This document shows positions 38,251-48,350 of a DNA stretch of 62,093 nucleotides, piece after piece. Source of the stretch: an uncultured Sangeribacter sp. (GTDB lineage Bacteria; Bacteroidota; Bacteroidia; Bacteroidales; Muribaculaceae); NCBI GenBank assembly GCA_964398625.1, contig CAYNNV010000001.1, positions 1 to 62,093 on the forward strand. Reading direction: 5' to 3'. Position 1 is the first letter of the stretch. Each line of letters starts with the position of its first letter. The notes below the pieces were generated by a model. That model made no database searches. It was not told the DNA's origin and saw nothing but the letters and a program-made list of their open reading frames with translations. A program made the position numbers and the translations under genes.

Positions 38251-41200
38251 ATGTTGTATTTTCAGACTGCCTCAGCAGGCTCGGGAAAGACCTATAAACT
38301 GACAGAGAAATTTGTGCGTCTGCTTCTCTCTGCTCCCGACTCCGAAGGGCATCGCTCTCTGATTCCTGCTGCGCACTTCAGTGCTATGCACCCAATGGTG
38401 CTCGCAATCACCTTCACCAACAAAGCCGCACAGGAGATGAAAGATCGAATTATCGAAGCTCTATCTGCTCTTGCCCATGATGAGCCGGGTTCCGATACTG
38501 AGTATCTATCCACCTTTATGTCCGAGTTTAATGCCCGTGAAGAGGAAGTAAGAGCTACTGCCGCCTCTGCCCTTGATGAATTGCTTAACAATTATACTGA
38601 CTTCAACGTATCTACCATTGATGCCTTCTTCCAGCGCGTCCTAAGGTCATTCGCTTACGAGACCGACCTAAATACAAACTTCCGGCTTGAGGTCAAGAAC
38701 AATGTAGTAAATGCCATTGCATTGGAGTCAATGCTTTCCAATCACCGGGCAACAGTGGCTGGAACAGATGAAGTCGGGAAGTGGATAGGCGACTATGTCA
38801 ATACCGCCGCTTCTCGTGGTGCCGGCTACAATGCCTATTCCTCGCGCAGCGGGTTTATCAGTGGCATTATGAAATTCCTTGAGCTCACTTCAAGCGAGGA
38901 TTTCAGCAAATATGAACATCAACTCAAGGACTTCTTCAATTCCCGTGGAGATTTCTACGGTGAGTATAAGGCTTTTCTCAAGGATGTAGATAAGCGGCTC
39001 AAGGAGATGCTGAATTCGGTGAAGAATCAGGCTTGTACCCTCGGAGAGATTCTTGATAATCTTGCCCGGCAGAAAAAGGGCGCTGTCAATAGCAGGGCTA
39101 CTACTTACCTCACTGCTTTAGCCGCACTTCCCCTCAATAAGAAATACAAAAACAAGCTATATAATTCCGTCGAAGTCCTTAATAAAGCCGGTAAAGAAGC
39201 TTTCGGTGCCGTAGACGAAGCCGATCGTCTGGCAGAAGCAGTAGAAGAATATCATAAGCACATTGACCTCCGCTCGCTATACCATAAATATATGCCGGCA
39301 ATGGCTCTATACAGTACGATTGACGCAAATCGGCGTGAGTACTGTGACGAAAACAACATCTTTCTCCTCTCTGACACAAATCCTCTGCTGAGGAAGATAA
39401 TCAGCCACTCCGATGCCCCTTTCATCTACGAAAAAATCGGTAGTTTCATCGAGCATTTCCTGATTGATGAGTTTCAGGATACTTCCGAAAACCAATGGGA
39501 TATAATCAAGCCCCTTTTCGACGAATCACTCTCCAACGGCCACTTCAATATGATAATCGGCGATGCAAAGCAGAGCATTTACCGATTTAGAAATGCCGAC
39601 CCTACAATAATCTCTGAAAAAGTGCCTCGCGACTATGACCGTAGTTTGGATCTGCACGGTTTATCAGGCGATGAGAACAGCAATTATCGCTCACTGCCCC
39701 GCATTGTAGAATTCAATAATACCCTATTCTCCATTATGGCATCCGAAGAGACCTTTGCACGTGACTATGTGAGCGTAGTGCAGAAGCCTCGTGCAAAGTG
39801 CGACGGCGGATATGTAGAGTGTCGGAGCATAACCGATAAGAATGACCTTTACCGCGAAGTTCCCCTTATCATAAAGTCGCTTGTCAAGCGCGGTTACCCA
39901 CTTAAGGATATATGCATCCTTGCACGTAAGAAAGAACATCTGAAGGAAGCTTCAAATGCAATCGATGATTTCAATGACGAAAATCCTGCCGGTCCATACC
40001 TGAGATATATCAGCAATGAATCACTCCTTGTCAATACATCAAAATCCGTGAGAATGGCAGTCGCAGTACTGCGTATCCTTGCCGGAGGAACAGTATTCGA
40101 GGTAAATACGGACTCAGACCGTCCAATCTTGAAATATTCCGGTTCCACACTTTCCTCTCTGGTCAATTATGTCCTTATGACCGATGAGACTGTTTCCACC
40201 TTACAGGATGCTCTAAAAGCTGTGGCAGATCTTGTCAAGCCGGAAGCCGAACTCACCGAGATGCTCGGAAGTATGACTACAATGACTCTTCCGGCTCTTG
40301 TAGAGAACGTATTGAAGCGCTTTGTCCCTGCCGACCAACTCTCCGCTGAAGCTCAATACGTGAGCGCATTTCTTGACAAGGTTGTAGAGTGGAGTGACCA
40401 TTACGGCAGTGCCATAACGCCATTTCTGAGAATGTGGGATGAAATATCACCTTCACTCTCCGTGATTTCACCCGATGGCACTGATGCAGTCAAGCTTATG
40501 ACAATACATAAGTCTAAGGGATTGCAGTTCAAGGCTGTGATATTCCTTACTTACGGTATGGAGCACGATTTCAAACCATTCTATCCCAACCGCTGGGTCA
40601 TTCCAAATCAACAATATGACCCGAATAAGGTATTACCTCCACGGGTGATAGTCGAACTAACAGATGGGAATATTCATACCGAAGAATTTGAGAATGCCTT
40701 CAATGAGATGAAGTCAGACAATGTCAACCTTGCTTACGTGGCCTGTACCCGCGCCGAAGATGAGCTGTACGTACTTTCCTCGGCTCCATCTGATTCCGGT
40801 AAAACGAAGAAGCCTGCCGCCCCGGATGCAGCCGGAAGCATAGGCGATGCCATCAGTCAAGTTCTCAAAAAGATTGAAGCCGGAAGCAATATCTCCGAAT
40901 TCGGCATTGAGCTACATCATTTCCATGCTCCCGAGCCGCATGATAAGGGGCAAGAGGATGATGCAACCGGCGATATAGTCTATACCTACGGAGAGCGACC
41001 TCCACAGATGCGACGCTCAAACAAGGAGAAGAGCCGCGAATCCATTCCTGTTGACCTGAAGACATTTCATATCAATACAGATCTGGAAATGCTCAGATAT
41101 CGCGAAGAGGAACTCCGCGCCGATGAGGACGATAGCGATCCCCGCTCCATTGGTAATCTCATGCACCTCGTCATGAGCAGGATTTCTACAGCTTCTGATC

Positions 41201-41598
41201 TCCCGCGCGCGCTCAAGATACTCACCACCCGGGGGCTGGCTTCTGAATCTCTCGTGCAGCAAATCGGCTCGGCAATATCCGACGCTCTTGACTCTCAATG
41301 GGGAAAGAAATGGTTTCGTCCCGGTCTTAGAGTGATAAATGAGCGCACCATAATAGGGCGTCCTGCTGATGACGAAAAAGACATCGAAAAATACAAGCGC
41401 CCGGACAGAATCATAGTTGACCGTAAAGGCAATGCTACAGTGATAGACTATAAATTCGGAGCCTCAACTGAAAATGATAACAAATACCGTCGTCAGGTGC
41501 GAGAATATATTGATAGATTGAAGAAGACAGGCCTCTTCACTACAGTAAAAGGCTATCTTTGGTATGTAGCCCTCGGAAAAGTAGACCCCATAAAATAG
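38251..41598 (+). CDS. AddA/UvrD-type helicase with a C-terminal PD-(D/E)XK nuclease
   Basis: ASAGSGKT, AITFTNKAA, IDEFQDT, GDAKQSIYRFR, MTIHKSKGLQF, YVACTRA, RPDR...IDYK. Confidence 0.92.
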   Translation: MLYFQTASAGSGKTYKLTEKFVRLLLSAPDSEGHRSLIPAAHFSAMHPMVLAITFTNKAAQEMKDRIIEALSALAHDEPGSDTEYLSTFMSEFNAREEEVRATAASALDELLNNYTDFNVSTIDAFFQRVLRSFAYETDLNTNFRLEVKNNVVNAIALESMLSNHRATVAGTDEVGKWIGDYVNTAASRGAGYNAYSSRSGFISGIMKFLELTSSEDFSKYEHQLKDFFNSRGDFYGEYKAFLKDVDKRLKEMLNSVKNQACTLGEILDNLARQKKGAVNSRATTYLTALAALPLNKKYKNKLYNSVEVLNKAGKEAFGAVDEADRLAEAVEEYHKHIDLRSLYHKYMPAMALYSTIDANRREYCDENNIFLLSDTNPLLRKIISHSDAPFIYEKIGSFIEHFLIDEFQDTSENQWDIIKPLFDESLSNGHFNMIIGDAKQSIYRFRNADPTIISEKVPRDYDRSLDLHGLSGDENSNYRSLPRIVEFNNTLFSIMASEETFARDYVSVVQKPRAKCDGGYVECRSITDKNDLYREVPLIIKSLVKRGYPLKDICILARKKEHLKEASNAIDDFNDENPAGPYLRYISNESLLVNTSKSVRMAVAVLRILAGGTVFEVNTDSDRPILKYSGSTLSSLVNYVLMTDETVSTLQDALKAVADLVKPEAELTEMLGSMTTMTLPALVENVLKRFVPADQLSAEAQYVSAFLDKVVEWSDHYGSAITPFLRMWDEISPSLSVISPDGTDAVKLMTIHKSKGLQFKAVIFLTYGMEHDFKPFYPNRWVIPNQQYDPNKVLPPRVIVELTDGNIHTEEFENAFNEMKSDNVNLAYVACTRAEDELYVLSSAPSDSGKTKKPAAPDAAGSIGDAISQVLKKIEAGSNISEFGIELHHFHAPEPHDKGQEDDATGDIVYTYGERPPQMRRSNKEKSRESIPVDLKTFHINTDLEMLRYREEELRADEDDSDPRSIGNLMHLVMSRISTASDLPRALKILTTRGLASESLVQQIGSAISDALDSQWGKKWFRPGLRVINERTIIGRPADDEKDIEKYKRPDRIIVDRKGNATVIDYKFGASTENDNKYRRQVREYIDRLKKTGLFTTVKGYLWYVALGKVDPIK

Positions 41599-41620
41599 CC
41601 CGGCCTCGTTCTCTCCTTAT

Positions 41621-41754
41621 TAGTCCAATTAGCTGTCATAGTTCTCATAGATCTCATAGATCTCATAGTGCTCCACCAGGGCCTCTAAAGCCTAGTGCTC
41701 CACCAGGGCCTCTAAAACCTAGTGCTCCACCAGGGCCTCTAAAGCCTAAAGTCC
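41621..41754 (+). repeat. Composite tandem repeat, copy A: 9-bp TCATAGwkC units plus three 27-bp units
   Basis: Four 9-mers at 41636-41671; TAGTGCTCCACCAGGGCCTCTAAA(G/A)CC at 41666, 41693 and 41720. Confidence 0.92.
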
Positions 41755-41757
41755 AAA

Positions 41758-41786
41758 AGGCTGTGCCAGGTTCTCTGGCACAGCCT
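41758..41786. terminator. AGGCTG-family palindrome/terminator
   Basis: AGGCTGTGCCAG-GTTCT-CTGGCACAGCCT between convergent genes. Confidence 0.75.
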
Positions 41787-41816
41787 CTACATCATTTATT
41801 CTGCTATTCGCGAAAA

Positions 41817-43931
41817 TTATTTTATAAATCCGCGAAGACGAAGCAGTGCATTTGCGTCGGGTGCGTGGCCGCGGAAACGCTTAAAGAGCACCTCTGCATC
41901 TTCAGTGTCGCCGGATTCAAGGATGTTTTTCTTAAAGCTCGCAGCAGTCTTGGGGTTGAAAATGCCGTCTTTCTGGAATTTTTCCCATGCATCAGCTTCA
42001 AGCACCTGGGCCCAGAGATAAGTGTAATAACCCGAAGCGTATCCTTCATCACCGAAAATGTGCTTGAAGTAGGGTGAGCGATAGCGGTAAGTAATCTCCT
42101 TAGGCATACCGATTTTGTCGCCAACCTGTTTTTCAAATTCAGCTACCTCTACACCTTCACCGTTGCTCTTGCCCCAGTTGAGGTCAAGCAAAGCGGCACC
42201 GGTAAGCTCCGTAGTGATGAAGCCCTGATTGAATGTGCCCGAAGCATTGAGTTTTTCGATTAGCTCGTCAGGTATAGTCTCGCCCGTCTTGTAGTGCTTG
42301 GCATAATACTTGAGAACTTCAGGTTCAAATGCCCAGTGTTCATTCATCTGTGAACACATCTCTACATAATCGCGGTCAACGTCGGTGCCGGCGAGAGAGC
42401 GATAGGGTGCGCGGGTAAGCATACCTTGAAGAGCATGTCCGAATTCATGGAATGTGGTCTCTACTTCATCAAGGGTAAGGAGAGCGGGAGTTTCTGAAGT
42501 CGGAGCTGTGAAGTTGCCTACATTGTAGACGATAGGGCGGCGCTCACCTTCAGGATAGAGACCGCCGCTTTGGATCTGCTCCATCCATGCACCCTGACGC
42601 TTTGAGGCACGGGGGAAATAGTCTGTCATGAATACAGCGATATGTTCCCCTGTCTTTGCATCCTGCACGTCGTAAACTGTCACTTCATCCATATATTTAG
42701 GAGCATCAGGCATCTCTACCATCTTAATGCCGTAGAGTTTCTCAGCGCAGTAGAAGAGTCCTTTGAGCACATTTTCAAGAGCGAAGTAGGGGCGCACTTC
42801 ATCCTCTGAAAGATTATAGCGGTCCTTCTTCACCTGCTCAGCATAATAATAATAGTCCCAGGGTGCGATAGTGATGTTGTCGCCTCGCTTATCGGCAAGA
42901 GCCTGCATGTCAGCTACCTCTTCTTTTGAGCGCTCAACGGCTGGAGTAAATACCTTCAGAAGAAGCTCTTCAGCTGCCTCAGGTGTCTTAGCCATTACGC
43001 GTGAAGTCATGAGCTGAGCAAAATTGTCAAATCCCATGATTTTAGCCTTCTTGTCGCGAAGTTTAACTATCTGCTTGATTATAGGAGCATTGTCATACTG
43101 TCCGGTAGAAGCAAGTGAAGTATAACCCTTATACATGGCTTCACGCAGACCGCGGCTCTTAGCATAAGTAAGCACCGGCAGGCGGCTGGGAGCATGGAGA
43201 GTAAACACGTAGAGACCGTCAAGACCACGGCGTTTTGCCTCATCAGCAGCTGCAGCTATTGATGTCTCGGGAAGTCCTTCGAGATCAGCCTTATCATATA
43301 CGGTGATATAAAATGAGTTCATTGCACCCAGTAGATTGCGGTTGAACTGAGTCTGGAGCTTTGTGAGTTCGTCATTTACCTTTACGAGCTCTGCCTTATT
43401 TTCTGCTGAGAGTGCTGCCCCGCGCTCGGCAAACTGACGATAGTACTTCTCCACCAGGCGCTTCTGAACCGGTGTCAGTTTTGATTTCTTAAGACCGTCA
43501 CGCACGCTCTTGATGCGAGCGAAGAGTGCATCATTGAGTGCCACATTGTTCGATGCTTGATTGATAAGTGCTTGCACCTCATCTGATACTGCGTCAAGTT
43601 CATCAGAGGAAAGCGCCTCTGAATAGTGGGCGAAGACTCCGATAGTACGGTCAAGTATCGGATTTAGGTTTTCAAGTGGTAGAATAGTGTTCTCAAAAGT
43701 AGCGGCCTCAGGATTGTCAATGATTTTCTTGAGATTTACATTCTGTTCCTCAAGTCCGGCTTTCATTGCGGGCAGGATATCAGCCACCTGTATCTCCTCG
43801 AAAGGAGGAATAAGATACTTGGTGGTGTATTCCTGCAGGAAGGGATTCTGTCGTGCCTGCATAGGAATGCTTGCTGCGGGAGAAGCCGCTATTACGGCGG
43901 CTGCTGCCAATGTTAAAAAATGTTTACGCAT
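41817..43931 (-). CDS. dcp: M3 family metallopeptidase (peptidyl-dipeptidase Dcp-like), exported
   Basis: Signal peptide, QNPFL, KRQGAWM, FHEFGHAL, DYVEMCSQ, YASGYYTYLWA. Confidence 0.9.
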   Translation of the reverse strand: MRKHFLTLAAAAVIAASPAASIPMQARQNPFLQEYTTKYLIPPFEEIQVADILPAMKAGLEEQNVNLKKIIDNPEAATFENTILPLENLNPILDRTIGVFAHYSEALSSDELDAVSDEVQALINQASNNVALNDALFARIKSVRDGLKKSKLTPVQKRLVEKYYRQFAERGAALSAENKAELVKVNDELTKLQTQFNRNLLGAMNSFYITVYDKADLEGLPETSIAAAADEAKRRGLDGLYVFTLHAPSRLPVLTYAKSRGLREAMYKGYTSLASTGQYDNAPIIKQIVKLRDKKAKIMGFDNFAQLMTSRVMAKTPEAAEELLLKVFTPAVERSKEEVADMQALADKRGDNITIAPWDYYYYAEQVKKDRYNLSEDEVRPYFALENVLKGLFYCAEKLYGIKMVEMPDAPKYMDEVTVYDVQDAKTGEHIAVFMTDYFPRASKRQGAWMEQIQSGGLYPEGERRPIVYNVGNFTAPTSETPALLTLDEVETTFHEFGHALQGMLTRAPYRSLAGTDVDRDYVEMCSQMNEHWAFEPEVLKYYAKHYKTGETIPDELIEKLNASGTFNQGFITTELTGAALLDLNWGKSNGEGVEVAEFEKQVGDKIGMPKEITYRYRSPYFKHIFGDEGYASGYYTYLWAQVLEADAWEKFQKDGIFNPKTAASFKKNILESGDTEDAEVLFKRFRGHAPDANALLRLRGFIK

Positions 43932-43971
43932 AGAGTTGATATTGATAATTATATGGTTTATATTTTTATGT

Positions 43972-45054
43972 TTACTTTATCGGCATAAAGGCAAACGTAG
44001 CCGTCAGAGGATAATGATCGGAGCTTTTCAATCCTCCCCTTGATACTCGTAAAGCACGGATATTGCCGCGATAGAATATCTGGTCAATATGGAAAAGGAG
44101 AAAGTGATCATTATATGTAGCGGTAGGCCCGAAGGAAGTCTCACTATAGGCATCCTTGAGCCCTCCACCGAGTATATGGTCGTAAGTCCATGAAGCCGGC
44201 ACATCATTAAAGTCCCCGCATACTATCACATTTCCCTCCGTAGCTTCTACTGCATTGCGTAATGCTACTGCCTCTCCTGCACGATAGCGGAAAGCATCAG
44301 ATAGCTTCTTGAGGATACTACCCTTGAACTCCCTTACGCTATTAGCCGTGGTGCGCAATCCCGTGATGTCGCTCATGACCTGTCGCTCCTTTGAACTCAG
44401 ACGGTAAGAAGCCAGATGCACATTGAAGATAGTGAGCTTCCGCCCGTCGGTCTTTAGTTCATATGAGGTATAGGCGTAAGGCATATCCGACTTCCTTCCA
44501 CGTTTAGCCGGGAAGCGGGAGAGAAGCATCATCCGCTCCGCCGGAGACTCTATGATATAAGGGAATATTCGTTTGAGCGAATCGCGTTGTCGCCGGGTCA
44601 GATTGGTAGCGGTCTTCAGAGAGCCGCATTCCTGAATCACGGCAATATCGGCTCCGGACTTCAGAATATAGGAGAATGTGCGTGAATAACCGGGATTTTT
44701 CCCTTCATTGTCAATACCTTCAAGCACATTGTAAGTCAGTAGATTAAATGTCTTCTCGCCGGCGTAGGTATTTCTTTCGCTTCCCATGGGCGATACCTTT
44801 GACAGTGCCGGCCAGCATAGCAGAAGCACAGCGCCGCATGTCACAGCCATCCATATATGCTTCGTCAGAAGCCACAGCAATCCCGCTGCAAGTGTGGCCC
44901 CGGCAAGATAAGGCAGTGCCAGCACGGCAGTAGCGGGAGTTGCCCATATAAGAGGTGGAATTTTTCCTCCTACTGCTGCCAGAACCGTTGCCACCAGTAG
45001 TGCGAATGTCACTACCTTCATAGTGATGGAGAATGCTGTTGTGGCAGGATTCAT
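43972..45054 (-). CDS. Endonuclease/exonuclease/phosphatase family membrane protein
   Basis: N-terminal TM segments; TYNV, IQE, CGDFND, IDQIFY, SDHYP. Confidence 0.9.
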   Translation of the reverse strand: MNPATTAFSITMKVVTFALLVATVLAAVGGKIPPLIWATPATAVLALPYLAGATLAAGLLWLLTKHIWMAVTCGAVLLLCWPALSKVSPMGSERNTYAGEKTFNLLTYNVLEGIDNEGKNPGYSRTFSYILKSGADIAVIQECGSLKTATNLTRRQRDSLKRIFPYIIESPAERMMLLSRFPAKRGRKSDMPYAYTSYELKTDGRKLTIFNVHLASYRLSSKERQVMSDITGLRTTANSVREFKGSILKKLSDAFRYRAGEAVALRNAVEATEGNVIVCGDFNDVPASWTYDHILGGGLKDAYSETSFGPTATYNDHFLLFHIDQIFYRGNIRALRVSRGGLKSSDHYPLTATFAFMPIK

Positions 45055-45872
45055 TGCTCTTTTATTTTAGATGACAGGCGAGCCAGTTCTGACCGTTCTG
45101 ATCCTGACAGTGATGAATAACCCGATATGCGTATCTTATCCAGCAGACTGTCAAGCCGCTCAGGATCTGATGTAGATGATTGCATAGCCGCCGTAAGCTT
45201 TCCGGAAGAATAATTCTTCTGAATCTGCTGAATGTGGACTTTCTCACTCTTACGAGGCCTCCTCCACTTTGACGCAAGAACTGTGATAATTCCCCCGGTG
45301 AGCCCCCCGAGATGTGCCGCCGCCTGTGCAGGATTTCCTGCCGAGCCGAGCATGGCTATTATCACTCCTATTGCCGCTATCCACATAAGTCGCATCTTCC
45401 AAAAACCGTAAAGCCTCACTTCCATGTCGGGAGCTGCGGCACCGCAGGCTGTCATTACTCCAAGTGCCGCGGCAGAGCACCCAAGCAATTCCCCCTTAGT
45501 GGCTGTGAGCAGATAACCCGCCGCTCCGGCTAAGCCCGAGGCTATGAACACAAGCAGAAAGAAGCTATTTCCACGCAAGTTGGTTAGTACTATCCCAAAC
45601 CCGTAGAGCCAAAGAATATTGACAATCAAATGCAGAATATCAGTCTGCGTAAACATATAAGTCAGCAGTGTCCAGATGCGCCCCGGCAGCACGCTCCATC
45701 CCGAGTGAAGCGCCAAAAGTGAAGCTGCATCAAACCTCATGTTTCCGACTCCGTGGACAATCAGATTGGCTATAGGAATCAACAGAAAGAGCGCTACATT
45801 GGCAGCGGTCACCCTGTTCAGCATCCGGTACTGACCCAAACCGCGGAGTATTTCCTTAATACCTGTTGCCAC
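45051..45872 (-). CDS. Rhomboid intramembrane serine protease with a DUF6576-like tail
   Basis: WTLLTYMF, HLIVN, GCSA, AHLGG; tail LDSLLDKI..SGY.SL...E...L. Confidence 0.85.
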   Translation of the reverse strand: MATGIKEILRGLGQYRMLNRVTAANVALFLLIPIANLIVHGVGNMRFDAASLLALHSGWSVLPGRIWTLLTYMFTQTDILHLIVNILWLYGFGIVLTNLRGNSFFLLVFIASGLAGAAGYLLTATKGELLGCSAAALGVMTACGAAAPDMEVRLYGFWKMRLMWIAAIGVIIAMLGSAGNPAQAAAHLGGLTGGIITVLASKWRRPRKSEKVHIQQIQKNYSSGKLTAAMQSSTSDPERLDSLLDKIRISGYSSLSGSERSELARLSSKIKEQ

Positions 45873-46623
45873 GCAGAGTGCCGTTTTTCCACCAGATAAG
45901 TAGTGGGATGAGTGCGAAAATCATACCTCCGAGATGCGCGAAATGAGCTACAGTGCTGTCTGCATTGCCCACGCCGAGGAAAAACTCAAGCACCGCATAT
46001 CCGGCCACCATATATTTAGCCTTTATCGGTATTGGAATAAAAAATAAATAGAGCGGAAGATTGGGAAAAACAAAAGCAAATCCAAGCAGCAACCCGAAGA
46101 TAGCTCCCGATGCCCCGACAGTCACCATGCTGTTTTTAAAGCCATTGACCAGATCAAGAGCATGCGCATCGTGATTGGCTATGGCCATATTAAGGCTTTC
46201 AGCGGCAGAACTAATCGTAAGACCATTAATATGGGCAAGACGATCCACAAGCTCCGAATGCCACGTGGCAAGCCATACCCCTTCCTGCACTACAGCAGCT
46301 CCGATGCCCGCTATGAAATAAAATATAACGAACCGTTTAGTACCCCAAACCTGTTCCAACAGACGCCCGAACATCCACAAAGTAAACATATTGAAGAAAA
46401 TATGCAGAAAGTTTGTGTTAGAATGGATGAACATATAAGTGACGAACTGCACCGGGTTGAAGTCTCTCGCACCAACAAGGTGAAGACCAAGATGATTGTT
46501 GGCGAAATTTGCAAATCCCGACGATACAATCATTAATAGCCATACTGCAAAGTTGATGACGAGAAGATATTTCACGGCGGGAGTAAGCTGTAGCATCCCG
46601 CTATTGCCTCTGGAATTAAACAT
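45856..46623 (-). CDS. Rhomboid intramembrane serine protease
   Basis: TYMFIH, HIFFNM, GASGA, AHFAHLGG. Confidence 0.93.
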   Translation of the reverse strand: MFNSRGNSGMLQLTPAVKYLLVINFAVWLLMIVSSGFANFANNHLGLHLVGARDFNPVQFVTYMFIHSNTNFLHIFFNMFTLWMFGRLLEQVWGTKRFVIFYFIAGIGAAVVQEGVWLATWHSELVDRLAHINGLTISSAAESLNMAIANHDAHALDLVNGFKNSMVTVGASGAIFGLLLGFAFVFPNLPLYLFFIPIPIKAKYMVAGYAVLEFFLGVGNADSTVAHFAHLGGMIFALIPLLIWWKNGTLRGNRY

Positions 46624-46782
46624 AGTGCAAAATTACAAATTTTTCGGCCAATTTTCCCCGATTTCACTCTCTTTAGCTAAAAAATCACGTTTTTTTTAAT
46701 TTTTTCATCTAAATAATTGGCAAACGCGGATTTAAATGCTATATTTGCCACATAATTACCTGATAACATAAATTTTTAGATT

Positions 46783-47046
46783 ATGAACAAAACTGACCTC
46801 GTAAATGAGATAGCCGCAAAAGCCGGCTTGAACAAAGTTGCCGCTAAGGCTGCTCTTGATGCTACACTTGAATCTATTGCACAGGCACTTGCTAATGACG
46901 ACAAAGTTGCCCTCATCGGCTTCGGCACCTTCCAGATCGTAGAGAAGGATGCTCGCACCGGTATCAATCCCCGTACAAAAGAGAAAATCCAGATCCCTGC
47001 CCGCAAGGTTGTAAAATTCAAACCCGCTGACGGCCTCGGAAAATAA
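46783..47046 (+). CDS. hup: HU DNA-binding protein
   Basis: MNKTDLV, GFGTF, RTGINPRT.EKIQIPA. Confidence 0.96.
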   Translation: MNKTDLVNEIAAKAGLNKVAAKAALDATLESIAQALANDDKVALIGFGTFQIVEKDARTGINPRTKEKIQIPARKVVKFKPADGLGK

Positions 47047-47069
47047 TCCTGCCCGAATCAGATAATCTT

Positions 47070-47104
47070 AAAGGCTGCGCTTCATACCAACCGGCGCAGC
47101 CTTT
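47070..47104. terminator. AGGCTG-family palindrome/terminator after hup
   Basis: AAAGGCTGCGC...GCGCAGCCTTT. Confidence 0.75.
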
Positions 47105-47124
47105 CCTGTACCAACTCTCACCCA

Positions 47125-47199
47125 AATTAGCCCCTTCATAGTTCTCATAGTGCTCATAGTTCTCAACCAGAGCCTCTAAAGCTCTAAAGCTCTAAAGCC
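47125..47199 (+). repeat. Composite tandem repeat, copy B: three 9-bp TCATAGTkC plus three 8-bp CTCTAAAG
   Basis: 9-mers at 47136-47162, then TCAACCAGAGC, then CTCTAAAG at 47174, 47182 and 47190; homologous to copy A. Confidence 0.88.
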
Positions 47200-47206
47200 A
47201 TCAAAA

Positions 47207-48340
47207 TTAGAAGTTATTAATAGCCGCCGCTACATACCGGGCTTCTTCCTCCCCGATATTCGCTATCGGTAAGCTCACTACCCTTCGGGCCAGCTCTTCT
47301 GTTACAGGCAGCTGTCCATGCGCAAGCCCCTCATAGCAAGGCTGAATATGTGCCGGTATCGGATAATGTATGGCAGTCTCTATGCCGAGATTTTCAAGAT
47401 GGTGGCGGAATCTGTCGCGAGAAGCGGAATCTGCAACTCTTACTACATATTGATGCCACACCTGTATCATATCCTTGTCAATAGTAGGCTTGATAACCTT
47501 CTTGTTATCAATCAATGAGTCATAAAGAGCCGCAATGCGTCGCCGTGCGGAAGTTTCCTCCTCAAGATGTCCGAGTTTGACTCGAAGCATCGCAGCTTGG
47601 ATCTCGTCAATACGGGAATTATAGCCGCAAAATTCATTATGATAGCGGGAACTTTCCCCATAATTTGCCAGTGTCCTTACCATATCAGCCAGTTCCTTAT
47701 CGCTCGTGGTTACTGCGCCTGCATCGCCCAAAGCACCGATATTTTTTGCCGGATAAAAACTGAATGCCGCAGCATGGCCGAGAGAGCCCGTGAGCGATGA
47801 ACCGTTGATACCGGGGCCATCGGCGCGAGCTCCTATTGCCTGAGCATTGTCCTCTATAAGCAGCAGTCCGTGCTCTCTTACAAGCTCTGTAAGTCCTTCC
47901 ATACGGCATGGAGTGCCATAAAGATGGACGGCAAGAATCGCCTTCACGTCAGCGGTAAGCACCTGCGTGATACTTTGCTTATCAAGGCACATAGTTTCAG
48001 AATTTGGATCTATAGGCAATGGCCGGAGTCCAAGTTCTGTAAGGGGTAGGAATGAAGCAATGAAAGTATTGCCCGGAACAATCACGGTATCTCCTTTCTT
48101 TAGTCGCCCGAGTTCTATAAGACTGCGGAAGATGAGGCGCAACGCACCGAGACCATTATCGGTAGCTACAGCATGCTTAGCGCCGCAACTCTCGGCCAGT
48201 TCCCGTTCAAAAGCCCGAGTCTCAACGCCTCGCAAATACCACCCTGAGTCAATCACCCTTCCGGCAGCTTCTTTAAGCTCCGAGGCGAGAGGTGAGTTCG
48301 TAACTCCGAGGTTTTGAAATAATATTTTTCTGGTCAACAC
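47207..48340 (-). CDS. DegT/DnrJ/EryC1/StrS aminotransferase (FdtB-like)
   Basis: IEDNAQAIG, FSFYPAKNIGALGDAG, GYNSRIDEIQAA, IHYP. Confidence 0.92.
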   Translation of the reverse strand: MLTRKILFQNLGVTNSPLASELKEAAGRVIDSGWYLRGVETRAFERELAESCGAKHAVATDNGLGALRLIFRSLIELGRLKKGDTVIVPGNTFIASFLPLTELGLRPLPIDPNSETMCLDKQSITQVLTADVKAILAVHLYGTPCRMEGLTELVREHGLLLIEDNAQAIGARADGPGINGSSLTGSLGHAAAFSFYPAKNIGALGDAGAVTTSDKELADMVRTLANYGESSRYHNEFCGYNSRIDEIQAAMLRVKLGHLEEETSARRRIAALYDSLIDNKKVIKPTIDKDMIQVWHQYVVRVADSASRDRFRHHLENLGIETAIHYPIPAHIQPCYEGLAHGQLPVTEELARRVVSLPIANIGEEEARYVAAAINNF

Positions 48341-48350
48341 TCCGGTAGTT

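Noticed and set aside
41666-41746. Possible mini-CRISPR (three 27-bp repeats)
   Set aside because: The units are head-to-tail with no spacers, and there are no cas genes.
41559-42077. 172-aa ORF with SHRSHR and SAPPGPLKP repeats
   Set aside because: It stays open only because the repeat units are multiples of 3, and it overlaps the helicase end and runs antisense to dcp.
43972-47046. Tandem rhomboids plus EEP nuclease as a novel system
   Set aside because: A common conserved Bacteroidetes arrangement next to hup.
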